A stretch of 64,000 bases of DNA from Malacoraja senta. Its lineage: Eukaryota. The notes under the pieces were generated by a model. That model did no database searches. It saw only the letters and a list, made by a program, of their open reading frames with translations, and was not told the DNA's origin. The position numbers were made by a program, and so were the translations under genes. Shown one piece after another: positions 48,352 through 60,009 of this stretch (position 1 is its first letter; every line of letters starts with the position of its first letter). The stretch lies in the NCBI GenBank assembly GCA_038087875.1, contig CM075989.1, forward strand, positions 2,046,001 to 2,110,000, in the 5' to 3' direction.

Positions 48352-48897
48352 TGTGTGCCCCTAATCTGAGGAAGGACATCCTTGTGATTGAGGCAGTGCG
48401 GCGTAGGTTCACGAGATTGATCCCTGGGATGGCGGGACTGTCATATGAGGAAAGATTGAAAAGACTAGGCTTGTATACACTGTAGTTTAGAAGGATGAGG
48501 GGGGATCTCATAGAAACATATAAAATTATAAAAGGACTGGACAAGCTAGATGCAGGAAATTTTTTCCCAATGTTGGGCGAGTCCAGAACCAGGGGCCACA
48601 GTCTTAGAATAAAGGGGAGGCCATTTAAGACTGAGGTGAGAAAAACGTTTTCACCCAGAGAGTTGTGGATTTGCGGAATTTCCTGCCACAGAGGGCAGTG
48701 GAGGCCAAATCACTGGATGGATTTAAGAGAGAGTTAGATAGAGCTCTAGGGGTTAGTGGAATCAAGGGATATTGGGAGAAGGCAGGCACGGGTTATTGAT
48801 TGGGGAAGATCAGCCATGATCACAATGAATGGCGGTGCTGGCTCGAAGGACCGAATGGCCTCCTCCTGCACCTATTTTCTATGTTCTATGTTTCTAA
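48352..48897 (+). mobile_element. CR1 3' fragment
   Basis: ORF 48495..48737 and (TTCTATG)n tail. Confidence 0.88.
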
Positions 48898-50097
48898 TGT
48901 GCTGCCGTGGGTGGAGATTCCATTACAAATATTACTGTTTGTATGCCTCGTTGTCATCTTCCCTTCAGCTAGCAATGAACCATTCTACATTTCCTTGATC
49001 ATCGTCCCCTTTGATCTGTGTTTCCACCTTACCCTGCCATATCTCCATGTCTCCCTCTCCCCTGTCTCTCAGTCTAAAGAAAGGACTCGAACTGAAACAT
49101 CACCCATTCCTTCTATCCAGAGATGCTGCCTATCCTGCTGAGTTACTCCAGCATTTTGTGTCTATCTTTGGTGTAAGCCAGCATCTGCAGTTCATTCCTA
49201 CTCAGAGTTCCAAACTTTGCATGAACCCATTTGTAAAATGCAGCATAATCAAGGACTTGTCACACCCTGCCCACTCCCTCTTCTCCCCTCTCCCATCAGG
49301 CTAAAGGTATAGAAGTGTGAAAACGCACACCTCCAGATTCAGGGACCGTTTCTTCCCAACTGTTATCAGGCAACTGAATCATCCTACCACAACTAGAGAG
49401 CAGTGCTGAGCAAATACCTACCTCATTGGAGACCCTTGAACTATCCTTGATCGGACTTTGCTGGACCATTTTAGTTTAGTTTAGAGATACAGCGTGGAAA
49501 CAGGCCCTTTGGCCCACCGAGACCGCACCGACAAGCGATCTCCACACATTAACACTATCCTACACACTAGCAACAATTTACATTTATACCAACAAACCTG
49601 CACTTCTTTGGAGTGTGGCAGGAAATCGGTCTTGGACAAAATCATGACCTCCTATGAAAATAATGTACAGCATCTGCATACTTGGTTAGTCGTGGAGTCA
49701 TAGATCGATACAGCATGGAAACAGGCCATTCTACACTAGTCCCACCTGCCTGCGTTTGGCCCATATCTCTCTAAACCTGTCCTATCCATGTATCTGTCTA
49801 ACTGTTTCTAAAACGTTGGGATAGTCCCAGCCTCAACTACCTCCTCTGGCAGCTCGTACCATAGAGCCATCACCCTTTGTGTGAAAAGGTTACTCCTCAG
49901 ATTCCCATTAAATCTTTCCCCCTTCACCTTAAACCTATATCCTCGATTCCCCTACTTTGGGCAAGAGACCCTGTGTGTCTACCCGATTAGAATTGCTTGG
50001 AACACTAATTCTTGGGTTCGATCCTGTTTAAAATGAGTGCCGGGAAATGTTGAGAGGAAAATTGGTGGGTTGTCATCTGATGAATTATAATTGATTG

Positions 50098-50192
50098 TAG
50101 ACAAAAATGCTGGAGAACTCAGCGGGTGAGGCAGCATGTATGGAGTGAAGGAAATAGGCAACGTTTTGGGTCGAGACCCTTCTTCAGACTTG
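50098..50192 (-). mobile_element. 95-bp Penelope-terminus mini-element with 14-bp TSD
   Basis: TSD ATTATAATTGATTG at 50084-50097 and 50193-50206. An empty paralogous site lies at 53346-53359. Confidence 0.88.
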
Positions 50193-50308
50193 ATTATAAT
50201 TGATTGATCGATTGAAAGATACTGTCCAAGCCGACCATCGACCATTCGTTCACACCAGTACTATGTTATCACGCCTTTGCTTCCATTCCCGAAATCAGGG
50301 AATCAGGG

Positions 50309-50362
50309 GGGGTGGGAGATTGCAACCTTCACGTGGTCCACCCTGTTTCAACGAATGCAATC
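50309..50362 (+). ncRNA. Putative minimal HDV-like (CPEB3-type) self-cleaving ribozyme
   Basis: P1 GGGGTGG/CCACCCT with a G1-U wobble, P2 GATTGCA/TGCAATC, P3 ACC/GGT, L3 TTCACGT, J4/2 CGAA. It begins at the first base after the TSD. Confidence 0.8.
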
Positions 50363-50422
50363 AACCTGGCGTGCACAATTAAATAAGATCAAATAGAACA
50401 AGTTGTCCTACAACTTTAGGCT

Positions 50423-51928
50423 CCTGGCACTCACTATAAGCAACTACAGACCCATTTCTAAACTGCCTTTCCTCTCAAAAGCCCTTGAAAAGGTAATTTT
50501 AAGTCAACTTATACCTTACCTTCACCAAAACACTATCTTGGAAACTTTCCAATCAGGTTTCAGGGCTCACCACAGCACAGAGTCTGCCTTGTTGAAGGTA
50601 CATAATGACCTACTGCTCACCGTTGACTCCGGCGACTGTGCAATTCTGCTCCTTCTTGACCTCAGCGCAGCATTTGATACTGTCGACCATACCATCCTAA
50701 TTGACCGTCTCCGGTATGGGGTTGGTATTGATGGCACTGCCCTGAGCTGGTTCATCTCCTTCCTCAAAAGTAGGAGTTTCTCGACTAACATAGGCAACTC
50801 TTTCTCCTCCCCACCTAATCGCTGCTGTGGGGTTCCACAAGGTTCCATACTTGGCCCCATTCTCTTCTCCCTGTATATGCTCCCCTTAGGCCAAGTCATT
50901 GAAAGGCACAACATTTTCTTCCATTGCTACGCAGACGATACACAACTCTATCTCCCCCTGAAGCCCCAAAACCAATCAAATCTGTTTAACCTACCCACTG
51001 CCTCGAGGATATAAAGTGTTGGATGGCCCAGAACTTCCTCCAACTAAACGAGAGTAAGTCTGAGGTCATCCTTCTCGGCCCCTCGGACTCAATCTAAATG
51101 ATAGCAGGCAGCCTTGGAAGCCTTACCCCACTACTCAAACCTTACGTCAAAAACCTTGGCGTGATATTTGACTCAGCACTGAAATTTGACAAACAAGTCA
51201 ATGCCGTGGTAAAAGCTAGCTTCTTTCAGCTTCGGACGATAGCTAAAATAAAACAATTCCTCCAGTTTGATGACCTCGAAAAGATCATCCACACATTCAT
51301 CTCCTCCCGCCTAGATTACTGCAACTCCCTTTACACTGGCATCAGCCAATCTTCCCTGTCCCACCTGCAACTGGTCCAAAACGCCGCAGCGAGACTCCTG
51401 TCGGGCACCCGAAAAAGGGACCACATCACCCCGATCCTGGCCTCTCTCCACTGGCTCCCTGTGCGGTTCCGTATAAACTTCAAGATCCTTCTCCATGTCT
51501 ACAAAGCCCTCAATGGGCTTGCCCCCACCTACATAAAAAGTCTTCTCACCCACCACTCCACCTCCAGGCCCCTCAGATCGGCCGACTTCGGGTTGCTGAA
51601 TATCCCACGGTCTAGGCATAAGCTCAGGGGCGACTGCGCCTTTGCGGTTGCAGCCCCTAGACTGTGGAACAGCATCCCCTTTCCCATCAGAACTGCCCCC
51701 TCCATCGACTCTTTTAAGTCAAGACTAAAAATGTATCTATACTCTCAAGCCTTTCCTGACGTCCTCTGAGTGAGGGCTACATGTATATATGTATGTAGTT
51801 TGTTTTGTTTGTATAACAATAGCTATTCTTATAACAAATGTAAAGCACTTTGGCCAACGAGAGTTGTTTTTTAAATGTGCTATATAAATAAATGTGACTT
51901 GACTTGACTTGACTTGACTTGACTTGAC
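50423..51928 (+). mobile_element. 5'-truncated L2-clade LINE (RT pseudogene)
   Basis: NYRPISKLPFLSK, QSGFR, LLDLSAAFDTVDH, GVPQGSILGP, CYADD, RLDYCN and HITPILASLHWLPV motifs. Frameshift near 51000, stop at 51095, (GACTT)n tail. Confidence 0.93.
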
Positions 51929-52895
51929 TAAGCTGTGCACGCCATACGCAAGAAGAAGAAGGGAATCAGGGAAGGTATCTGTTGGTCCTTGGATCACTAA
52001 TTCTCCATTACATTTGGTTAGCAGACTCCATGCCATCTGGATGATTCCTGACCTCAGATGACTTGTGGAAGGGAAGTTCATAGTAATAATCAGAGGATGA
52101 AGCAAGCAGAATCTGCGTCCTGACAACACGGGTGAAACAGCAGAAAGGGGGATAATAGATTGCCTCAGCCAGCAAATGTAGCGGCTCCTCTAATAATTGC
52201 TCAAGGTGGGAACAAACTATTGTTGCATCTGCGCGATGGCAAAGTTTCTATTATCAGATACGTATTAAAAAGAGAAAAAGAAACAAGGTAAATATGAACA
52301 TTCAATCTGCATTTAAGGGCTTATATTGATCTTTAAAAGCTTTATGGTTTAGTTAATTCTCTTCCACTGCAGGATTAATGGCCACAGCTGCCATGACAGA
52401 TGTGAGAAAGCGAGGTCTTGCTCGGCTGTGTTTCAGCCGAGGTGATTAACCAAGACCCTGTCTGCTTGCATTGCTCATGAGGGGGGTGAAGGGTCCATGA
52501 TATTATTGGAAGCAGAGCAACATTCTCCCATCAAATCTCTACCCTGGATCTAACCTGCCCATTTGCCTCACTGCACTTTGCTGGTGCAGGGCTTGGCATC
52601 CTTGCCAACATCGCTTGCTAGCGTCACTCTGGGTGCTGTCTGTGCAACAGTAACCATTGCTGGGCATCTGCAAGATGTTCTCATGTGCCTAAGGAGATGG
52701 AAAGTTTACCACATACTTAGGAATTCCAATTCTCCTTGAATGTACAAGGGGACTGACATTGATATAGTAACAGCTCTGAGAGGCACGCTTCTTGTACAGT
52801 TGTTTGGCTTGATTGTATAGTATTATCTGATTTCATTGAATAGCACACAAACAATAGCTTTTCACTGCTTGTGACAATAATAAATGTAAACCTAA

Positions 52896-52897
<2 letters not shown>

Positions 52898-52933
<36 letters not shown>
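52898..52933 (+). repeat. (CAG)12 microsatellite
   Basis: Twelve perfect CAG units directly after a Rex-type tail. Confidence 0.95.
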
Positions 52934-52935
<2 letters not shown>

Positions 52936-53014
52936 CGATGCTTTACTGAGCTGCGTCTCAAAACCTCGGTCCTAGTGCAGAAATCATGGGTTCAATTGAC
53001 ATTATAGCTGCAGT

Positions 53015-53640
53015 GATAGAGGTACAGCGCAGAAACAGACCATTCGGCCCACTGAGTCCACGCCAACCAGCGATCACCCCATTCACTAACACTACGCTAC
53101 ACACCAGGGACAATTTACAATTTTACCAAAGCCAGTTAACCTACAAATCTGTGCGTCTTGGGAGTGTGGGAGGAAACCGGAGCGCCCGTAGAAACCCCAC
53201 GCAAATCAAGGGGAGAACGTACAAACTCCACACAGACAGCACCCAAAGTCAGGATCAAACGCAGCCATGGGTGAAACCAGATGATGGCAGGGAAATGAGT
53301 GCAGGGAAATGTCGAGAGAAACGCTGGTGGATTGTCATCTGATGAATTATAATTGATTGAAAGATACTGGCCCTTCAGCCGACAGCATCCAAGCCAATCA
53401 TCAATCACTCGTTCCCACTCGCTGTATGTTATCCCACTCACGGCCTCTTCCTCAACACCACGGGCAATTTACAGAGGCCTATTAAGCTACACGTGTCTTT
53501 GGGATGTGGAAGGAAACCAGAGCCCCAGGAGGAAACCCACATGGTTACAGGGAGAATGTGCAAACTCTGTGCAGAGAGCGCCCAAGGTGAGGATGGAACC
53601 CGGGTTTCTGGTGCTGTCAGGCAGCAACTCTGCCACCTTG
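53015..53640 (-). mobile_element. Two HE1-type SINE copies (~53015-53262 and ~53365-53640)
   Basis: Two antisense V-domains. Confidence 0.7.
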
Positions 53641-53944
53641 CTGTTCTCACTAAACACAGAGGTTGAGATTACACACATTTTCTGACCCTGCTCCTTTGGT
53701 TATCGTGCACATTGCATGTACACATACCTTTGAAACATGAATGTACTGTGTGATGTGACTCTTGATAATGATGATATCAATATAATAGGCCCTTGGACGC
53801 TACTGTGAGCCAAGTAACTCCTCAGATAAGGAAGCTTCATTGGGGCACTCTACACACCAGGCAGGTACATACTAGCACATGTGTTTGCAGATATTATATA
53901 TTTAACTACCCATCAGGCAGGGTACTGTCTGATTCACCTCTGTC

Positions 53945-54075
53945 GCACTGCGGACATCGGTCTTTGTCTGTGGGGCTGATGCGCTGTAATGCTGAGACCT
54001 ATATTCTGCACTGCGGACATCGGTCTTTGTCTGTGGGGCTGATGCGCTGTAATGCTGAGACCTATATTCTGCACT
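53945..54075 (+). repeat. Perfect 63-bp tandem duplication inside a Rex-type 3' UTR
   Basis: GCACTGCGGACATCGG... occurs at 53945 and 54008. Confidence 0.95.
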
Positions 54076-57000
54076 CTGTATCTTCCTCTTTACTCAAGTC
54101 TGCACATTTGTTCATGACTTTGGCTTGTTTATATTGCTGTATTGTATCTGATGGCATGCAAAACAAAGCTTCTCACTGTAGCTCGGTACATGTGCTAATT
54201 AAACCTAAATCTCAACCTAATCTTGAAATGAACTGCGTTCACACTTCTTCACAGCTGACATGTGGACATTGCCTCCTCACCGCAGTGCTAACGTTGACCA
54301 AAAGCTTTCATTTTCCTAACTCTTTTATAACTGCAACACATTTTATTCTCATTTTGATTCGATAAGGCAGGAGAATTTGTTTAGGAGGGAGAGATAGATC
54401 AGCCATGATTGAATGGCGGAGTAGACTTGATGGGCTGAATGGCCTAATTCTGCTCCTATCACTTATGGCCTTATGAACCTTATTGACAATCCATGATTTC
54501 AACTGGCTGAACTGGGCAGCAGTTAACCACAGAGGAGAGAGGGTATGGTATTGGGTAACGGCCAGACCAGGCCAGGATGGCAGACCTCTGCCTAGAAGGA
54601 CCGGGCTGAAGCAGGAGGCTTCTTGCAGCAACCTACTACTTCTGCGGTTTGATATTGCAACTAGTTTCATGTGGATATCTTTCAGCTGCTCAATGATACT
54701 TGCCAAAAGAAGAAGTATGTTGGAAGAAAAAACATTGGACAAACTAACCCCACCCCATCCCATCACTTTATAAATGTACGGTAGTTATCACACCTCCTCT
54801 AAGCCTGCATTATTATCCAATATCTCCAATATCTCATTATTCTCCTATGCAATAAACACCATACTCTTTCTCCCCCCCCCCACCCCCCCACCTTCCTCAA
54901 TGCCATGTACTTTATTTTCACATGTTTAAATTATAGTTTCATCTTGAATTGTCTACTGTATATCGTGTTATTACTCACGAGCAAAGCACCAAGACAAATT
55001 CCTTGTATGTATACAGACTTGGCCAATAACATTTTATTAGGCTGTAGATAGAGGACAATTGTTGGCTTTCTTCACACCTGTAGACCACAATGGCGCCTCC
55101 TCTATATGGACTGGGTGGGAACTGCACTAACTGGAGCCATTGTGCTTATGTAGCGGGATAGTCTTGCTGAGATGTGTGCAAAAAAATGTACTTCACTGTA
55201 TCTGGTACATAAAGAAACCATTGACCATTGACCATGTAAGAGAAGTACTTTCACCCATCGACACTCTCTGACTATGACAAAAACCATCTGTTTCACCCTT
55301 GTCGATCAAGGAAGAGAATCCATCTGAAGAAGGGTCCCGACCCGAAACATCACCCATCCTTTTTTTTTCCAGAGATACTTTCACTGAGTTACTCCAGCAC
55401 TTTGTGTCTTTCTTCAGTATATACCAGCATCTGCAGTTCCTCTCTACACGGAATCTGCCTGTGGTTTGATAAGACTCCATCGCTAAGCAGTTGGAAGATT
55501 GCCTGCCACTCCTCTATAAATACTAGATTATCACTCACTCTCATTGAAGGGAGACAGCAGTCCTTGTCCCCTTTGCTACAAGTCTGCTTTCACCTCTCAC
55601 TTGCTGAGTTAAAAGCTCTCTTGCCTGTGGAAATGTGTCTTCAATATTTCTTATTTATTACTGTACATTACACGGCCCTTTCATAGTGCAGCCTAGTTTG
55701 TAGTCAAAGTGCAAGTCTACATGTTAATATTTTATTCCTCATTCTGCTCCATATTGGATTTAATCTAAATTTGAAAGGCACGGGCTTTGTTCTGAAGGGA
55801 ATTGCCTGCAAAATCTGCAGAACCATCCTTCAGTTATATTGTTGTCATTCTTGGCAAAGACAGATGGGCAGATGGGTGGAAGGGAAGATCAATGAATCTC
55901 ACCTTCCACAGGGGAGAGAGAATAATGAGCAGTGATGTTCTCCAAGGGGCCAGTGTTTTGCCAAACAGAAAATTGTGTTTATAAACAAAAGTGACAATTG
56001 GGATTATCAAAGATGGAGGCAAAAATGCTTTCATGCAGACGCCAGCTCAAATTGGATAAGCATTCCGACAAAGATTGAAAAGCTCTGTTGCCCGAAAACA
56101 AAAATCATCATTGTTCTCCGTGACTTTACCATATTCATGCCATCACTATGGCAACAGTTTAGATCATCCCAGGTTACTTATCACACTCTGCTTTACCTCT
56201 TGGTTCTGCGGGAGGTGTAGATGGGCAAGAGACCCGCAGCTAGACTCAAAATGCTGGAGTGACTCAGCGGGTCGGGCAGCATCTCTGGAGAAAAAGGAAT
56301 AGGTGACCATTCGGGTCGAGGCCCTTCTTCTGACTGAGGGTCTGAATCACACGCAGTCTATGTTGCAATCTGTAATCCTTTACAAGCTGGGTCCAATATA
56401 ATGGTTCAGCAGCCAAGTATTTGCATAGCTGTTGCGGGGCATTGAGGGGCAGTGTTCCAGGTACATGACGTGTACATGACAGGAAGATCAACAGTGCAAA
56501 ACCAAATGTTGTAGCGACTGGAATTCTGAGTAATCGACCAGAAGGTCTCTAATGATGGCCAAGCCAGATCAAACTGCAAGTGGATAAAAATAGGACAGAG
56601 AGAATAACCAAGGAAGATTTTTAAATTGTTACAAGTGTAGTTAATACATGCGTACATTTTAAGATAAATATCATCCGTTGGCAAGTGCAAAGTCTGAAGA
56701 AGGGTCTCGACCCAAAACGGTGGTCTGTAAAAGGATCTCGACCCGAAACGTCATCTCTTCCATTTTCTCCAGAGAAGCTGCCTGACCCGCTGAGTTACCA
56801 CGTCTTTTTGTGTCTATCTTTGGTTTAAACTAGCATCTGCAGTTCCTTCCTGCACAAAGTGATCCCACTGATCTCTAACGAACCATGGAGCACTGTAAGC
56901 GCACCTCAAGGTACCAAGGCAATTAGATGTGGCATTTGAACAGTCAAAGAGTATGTGAGCAGGGTGACAATCAAGTTTATTAATGTCAAGGACTGGTGCA

Positions 57001-57134
57001 GTGGTTGGTTAGCTCAGAGGGATGCTAGTCTAATGGAAAGAAAACATGAAGATTGGGATTTGGAGTAATCACTGGTTTAACCATCCAGGCAACTGAAAAC
57101 TCGAAGGCACGCCAGATTGTAGAATATGGATGTT

Positions 57135-57447
57135 CTTAGTTTAGCTTAGAGATACTGCACGGAAACAGGCCATTCTGCCCAATGAGTCCGCACCGACCAG
57201 CGATCCCCGCACACTAACACTATCCTACACACACTAGGGACAATTTTACATTTATACCAAGCTAATTAACCTACAAACCTGTATGTCTTTGGAGTGTGGG
57301 AGGAAACCGAAGATTTTGAAGAAAACCCACGCAAGTCACGGTGAGAACGTACAAACTCCATCCAGACAGCATCCTGTAATCAGGATTGAACCCGGGTCTC
57401 TACCGCTGTAAGTGGTACCGCTCCACCACTACGCCACCGTGCCGCCC
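57135..57447 (-). mobile_element. HE1-type SINE
   Basis: Complete antisense copy. Confidence 0.8.
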
Positions 57448-59359
57448 TTAATGTGCCATTAAAGATCATCTCTGTCGGAGGCAGACAAGTAGACAAACTA
57501 TCTACACTGGCATCCACTGGATCCACAGTGAAACAATGTTTATATCATGAATTCCACTTCTGAAATTTGGTTCAGTTTCTTTCAGTGGAACTGAATTTGA
57601 AGGCACGTATATATTGTGAAATGAATCCAAATGAAAATAAAACAGGTTGCAGTTATAAAAGGGTTTGGAAAATGAAAGCTTTTGGTGAAAGTTAGCACTG
57701 CTGTGAGAAGGCAACATTCACATGTCCAGTTGTGAAGAAGTGTGAATGCAGTTCGTTTCATGATTGTTCACCCAGATTGAGGAAAATCACTGTTAAGACA
57801 TCACTGCAAGTATTTTCATCAGGTCATAAATTCAGAAGTGATAGGGGCAGAATTAGGCCATTCGGCCCATCAAATCCACTCCGCCATTCAATCATGGCTG
57901 ATCTATGTCTCCCTCCTAACCCCATTCTCCTGCCTTCTCCCCATAACCCTTGACACCTGTACTAATCAATAATCTATCTCTGCCTTTAAAACATCCATTG
58001 ACTTGGCCTCCACAGCCGTCCGTGGCAATGAATTACACAGATTCACCACCCTCTGACTAAAGAAAGTTTGCTGATAAAGTCTGAATACCATTGTGTAAGA
58101 TGCACTTTTGAATTGACCAAGGTATTAATTCCAATCAGATTAAAGCTGACAGCTTCCTTCCTGATAACCCTAACTTCTCCGATGCTAAGCCCAACTCAAA
58201 CCACGGCTTCTAATTTCTTCCCAACTGCATCCCCAACATCACACACTCAGTTCAATTAATTTATCTCAGCTGACATTTGCAATCACATTATCGCTCCAGT
58301 AAAAATGTCAGGCCCGACCACAATACTACATTAAAATTTGCCATTAAAATAAAAGCATGGCCTTGTTTTAAATCAATTTGAAATTTACAATGCACTCCAA
58401 GATCTGAAATGTTTACTCATTCTTCTTCCACCCCTTATGACATTGAGTAGTAAGTCATTGTGTGGGTAATCAGAGGTGCCTCGAGTCTCTATTGCATTTT
58501 AGTTTACAGATACAGCATGGAAACAGGCCACTTGGCCCATCAAATGGGATAACCCGTTCACACCAGTTTGATGTTTCCCACACCCACTTTCCCATCCACA
58601 CCCTGCTGGGTGCGGTCCATGCTGTACATATTACAGAGGGCAATTAACCTACAAATGCGCACATCTTTGGGGTGTGGAAGGAAAACCAGCAGGAAATTCA
58701 AGCAGTCACAGGGAGAACATGAAAACTCCACTCAGAGAGCACCCACGGTCAGGATTGAACCCAGGTCTCTGGAGCTCCACCCGCTACGCTACTGTGTTGC
58801 CCCAGTTGAACCTGGTGTGATGAAGCTACATCCTATTTCATCCCAGCCACTGGTTACAACTTCCAGGCAAACATGTCAGTGATTTAGGCCCAAGTGCAAA
58901 CAGTTCAGTATTTAAAGATACTGTAAGAATTTATATTGCGTGATACAGGTTCCCACGGGATGAGATGAAAATTACCGTGACAAAATGAACAAGAAGAAAC
59001 GATTATGAGCAAGGAAATTATTCCACCAAATGGGAATCTTCTTAAGTCATTTATTGGATGACGAGATATCAATCTGATATTAATGTCAATGTGAGAAAAG
59101 ATCAGAAAAGGACAGTTAATAATTAATTCATAGTTAATTGGAAATGTTCTCTTCGGTGTGTTTGTGTCCTTTCCCATTGAACTGTAGAGACTGAATTTCA
59201 CAGCATAGCTGGTGCCTGAGATGTTGGCATCACGTGGCAGCAGATGAGCAAAAGCCCTTGATCTTTATGAAGGTCAAAGAATGATGTGTGACACCCTTGG
59301 AGTGATATTGGGATACCGAGTGCGTGCACTTGTGTGATCTGTCTCATGTGAAGTAACTT

Positions 59360-59690
59360 AGTGGAGTGGCGCAGTGGTAGAGTTGCTGCCTCACAGCGCC
59401 AGAGACCCGGGTTCAATCCTGATTACGGGTGCTGTCTGTACAGAGTTTGTACGTTCTCCCTGTGACCTGCGTGGGTTTTCTCCAGGTGCTTTGGTTTCCT
59501 TCCACACTCCAAAGAAGTGCAGGTTTGTAGGTTAAATGGCTTGGTAAAATTGTATATTGTCCCTAGTGTGTGTAAGATACTGTTAGTGTGCGATTATCGC
59601 TGGTTGGCACAGACTTAGTGGGCTGAAGGGCCTGTTTCCGTACAATATCTCTAAACCAAACGAAACTAAATTAAACAATACTAAACTAAA
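59360..59690 (+). mobile_element. HE1-type SINE
   Basis: Complete copy. Confidence 0.85.
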
Positions 59691-60009
59691 CTACACTCAT
59701 GAGAAAAGATATATGGTGAATCTTGATGCAAGCTCAATTATTTGACCACAGCCAAACATGCAGTGCTTATTTTGACTCTCAGGAGATTGAGTCAACTTAT
59801 TCATGTTGTTACTTGTGCCTGTTTCTTGACGAGATCAACTTTGAAACAATCAGAATCTGAATTCAGTTCTGAATAGAACAGAACTCAGGTTGTGATGAAG
59901 AATCGTTGTCCTGGTATGCTTACTCAGCTTCTCTCTTCACGGATGCTCCTCAATATTTCCAGCACGTTTTGTTTTAATTTCTGCTGTTTTATAGAGGATT
60001 AGACCTTGA

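Larger units (their letters stand above)
50309..51959 (+). mobile_element. ~140-bp Vingi-tailed short retroelement (50309-50422 plus ~51935-51959) split by an L2
   Basis: TSD AGGGAATCAGGG at 50297-50308 and 51960-51971. The rejoined tail CCTACAACTTTAGGCTGTGCACGCCATACGCAAGAA matches 42546-42581. Confidence 0.88.

Noticed and set aside
52898..52933. Polyglutamine coding tract
   Set aside because: It abuts a retroelement tail and has no flanking ORF or splice context.
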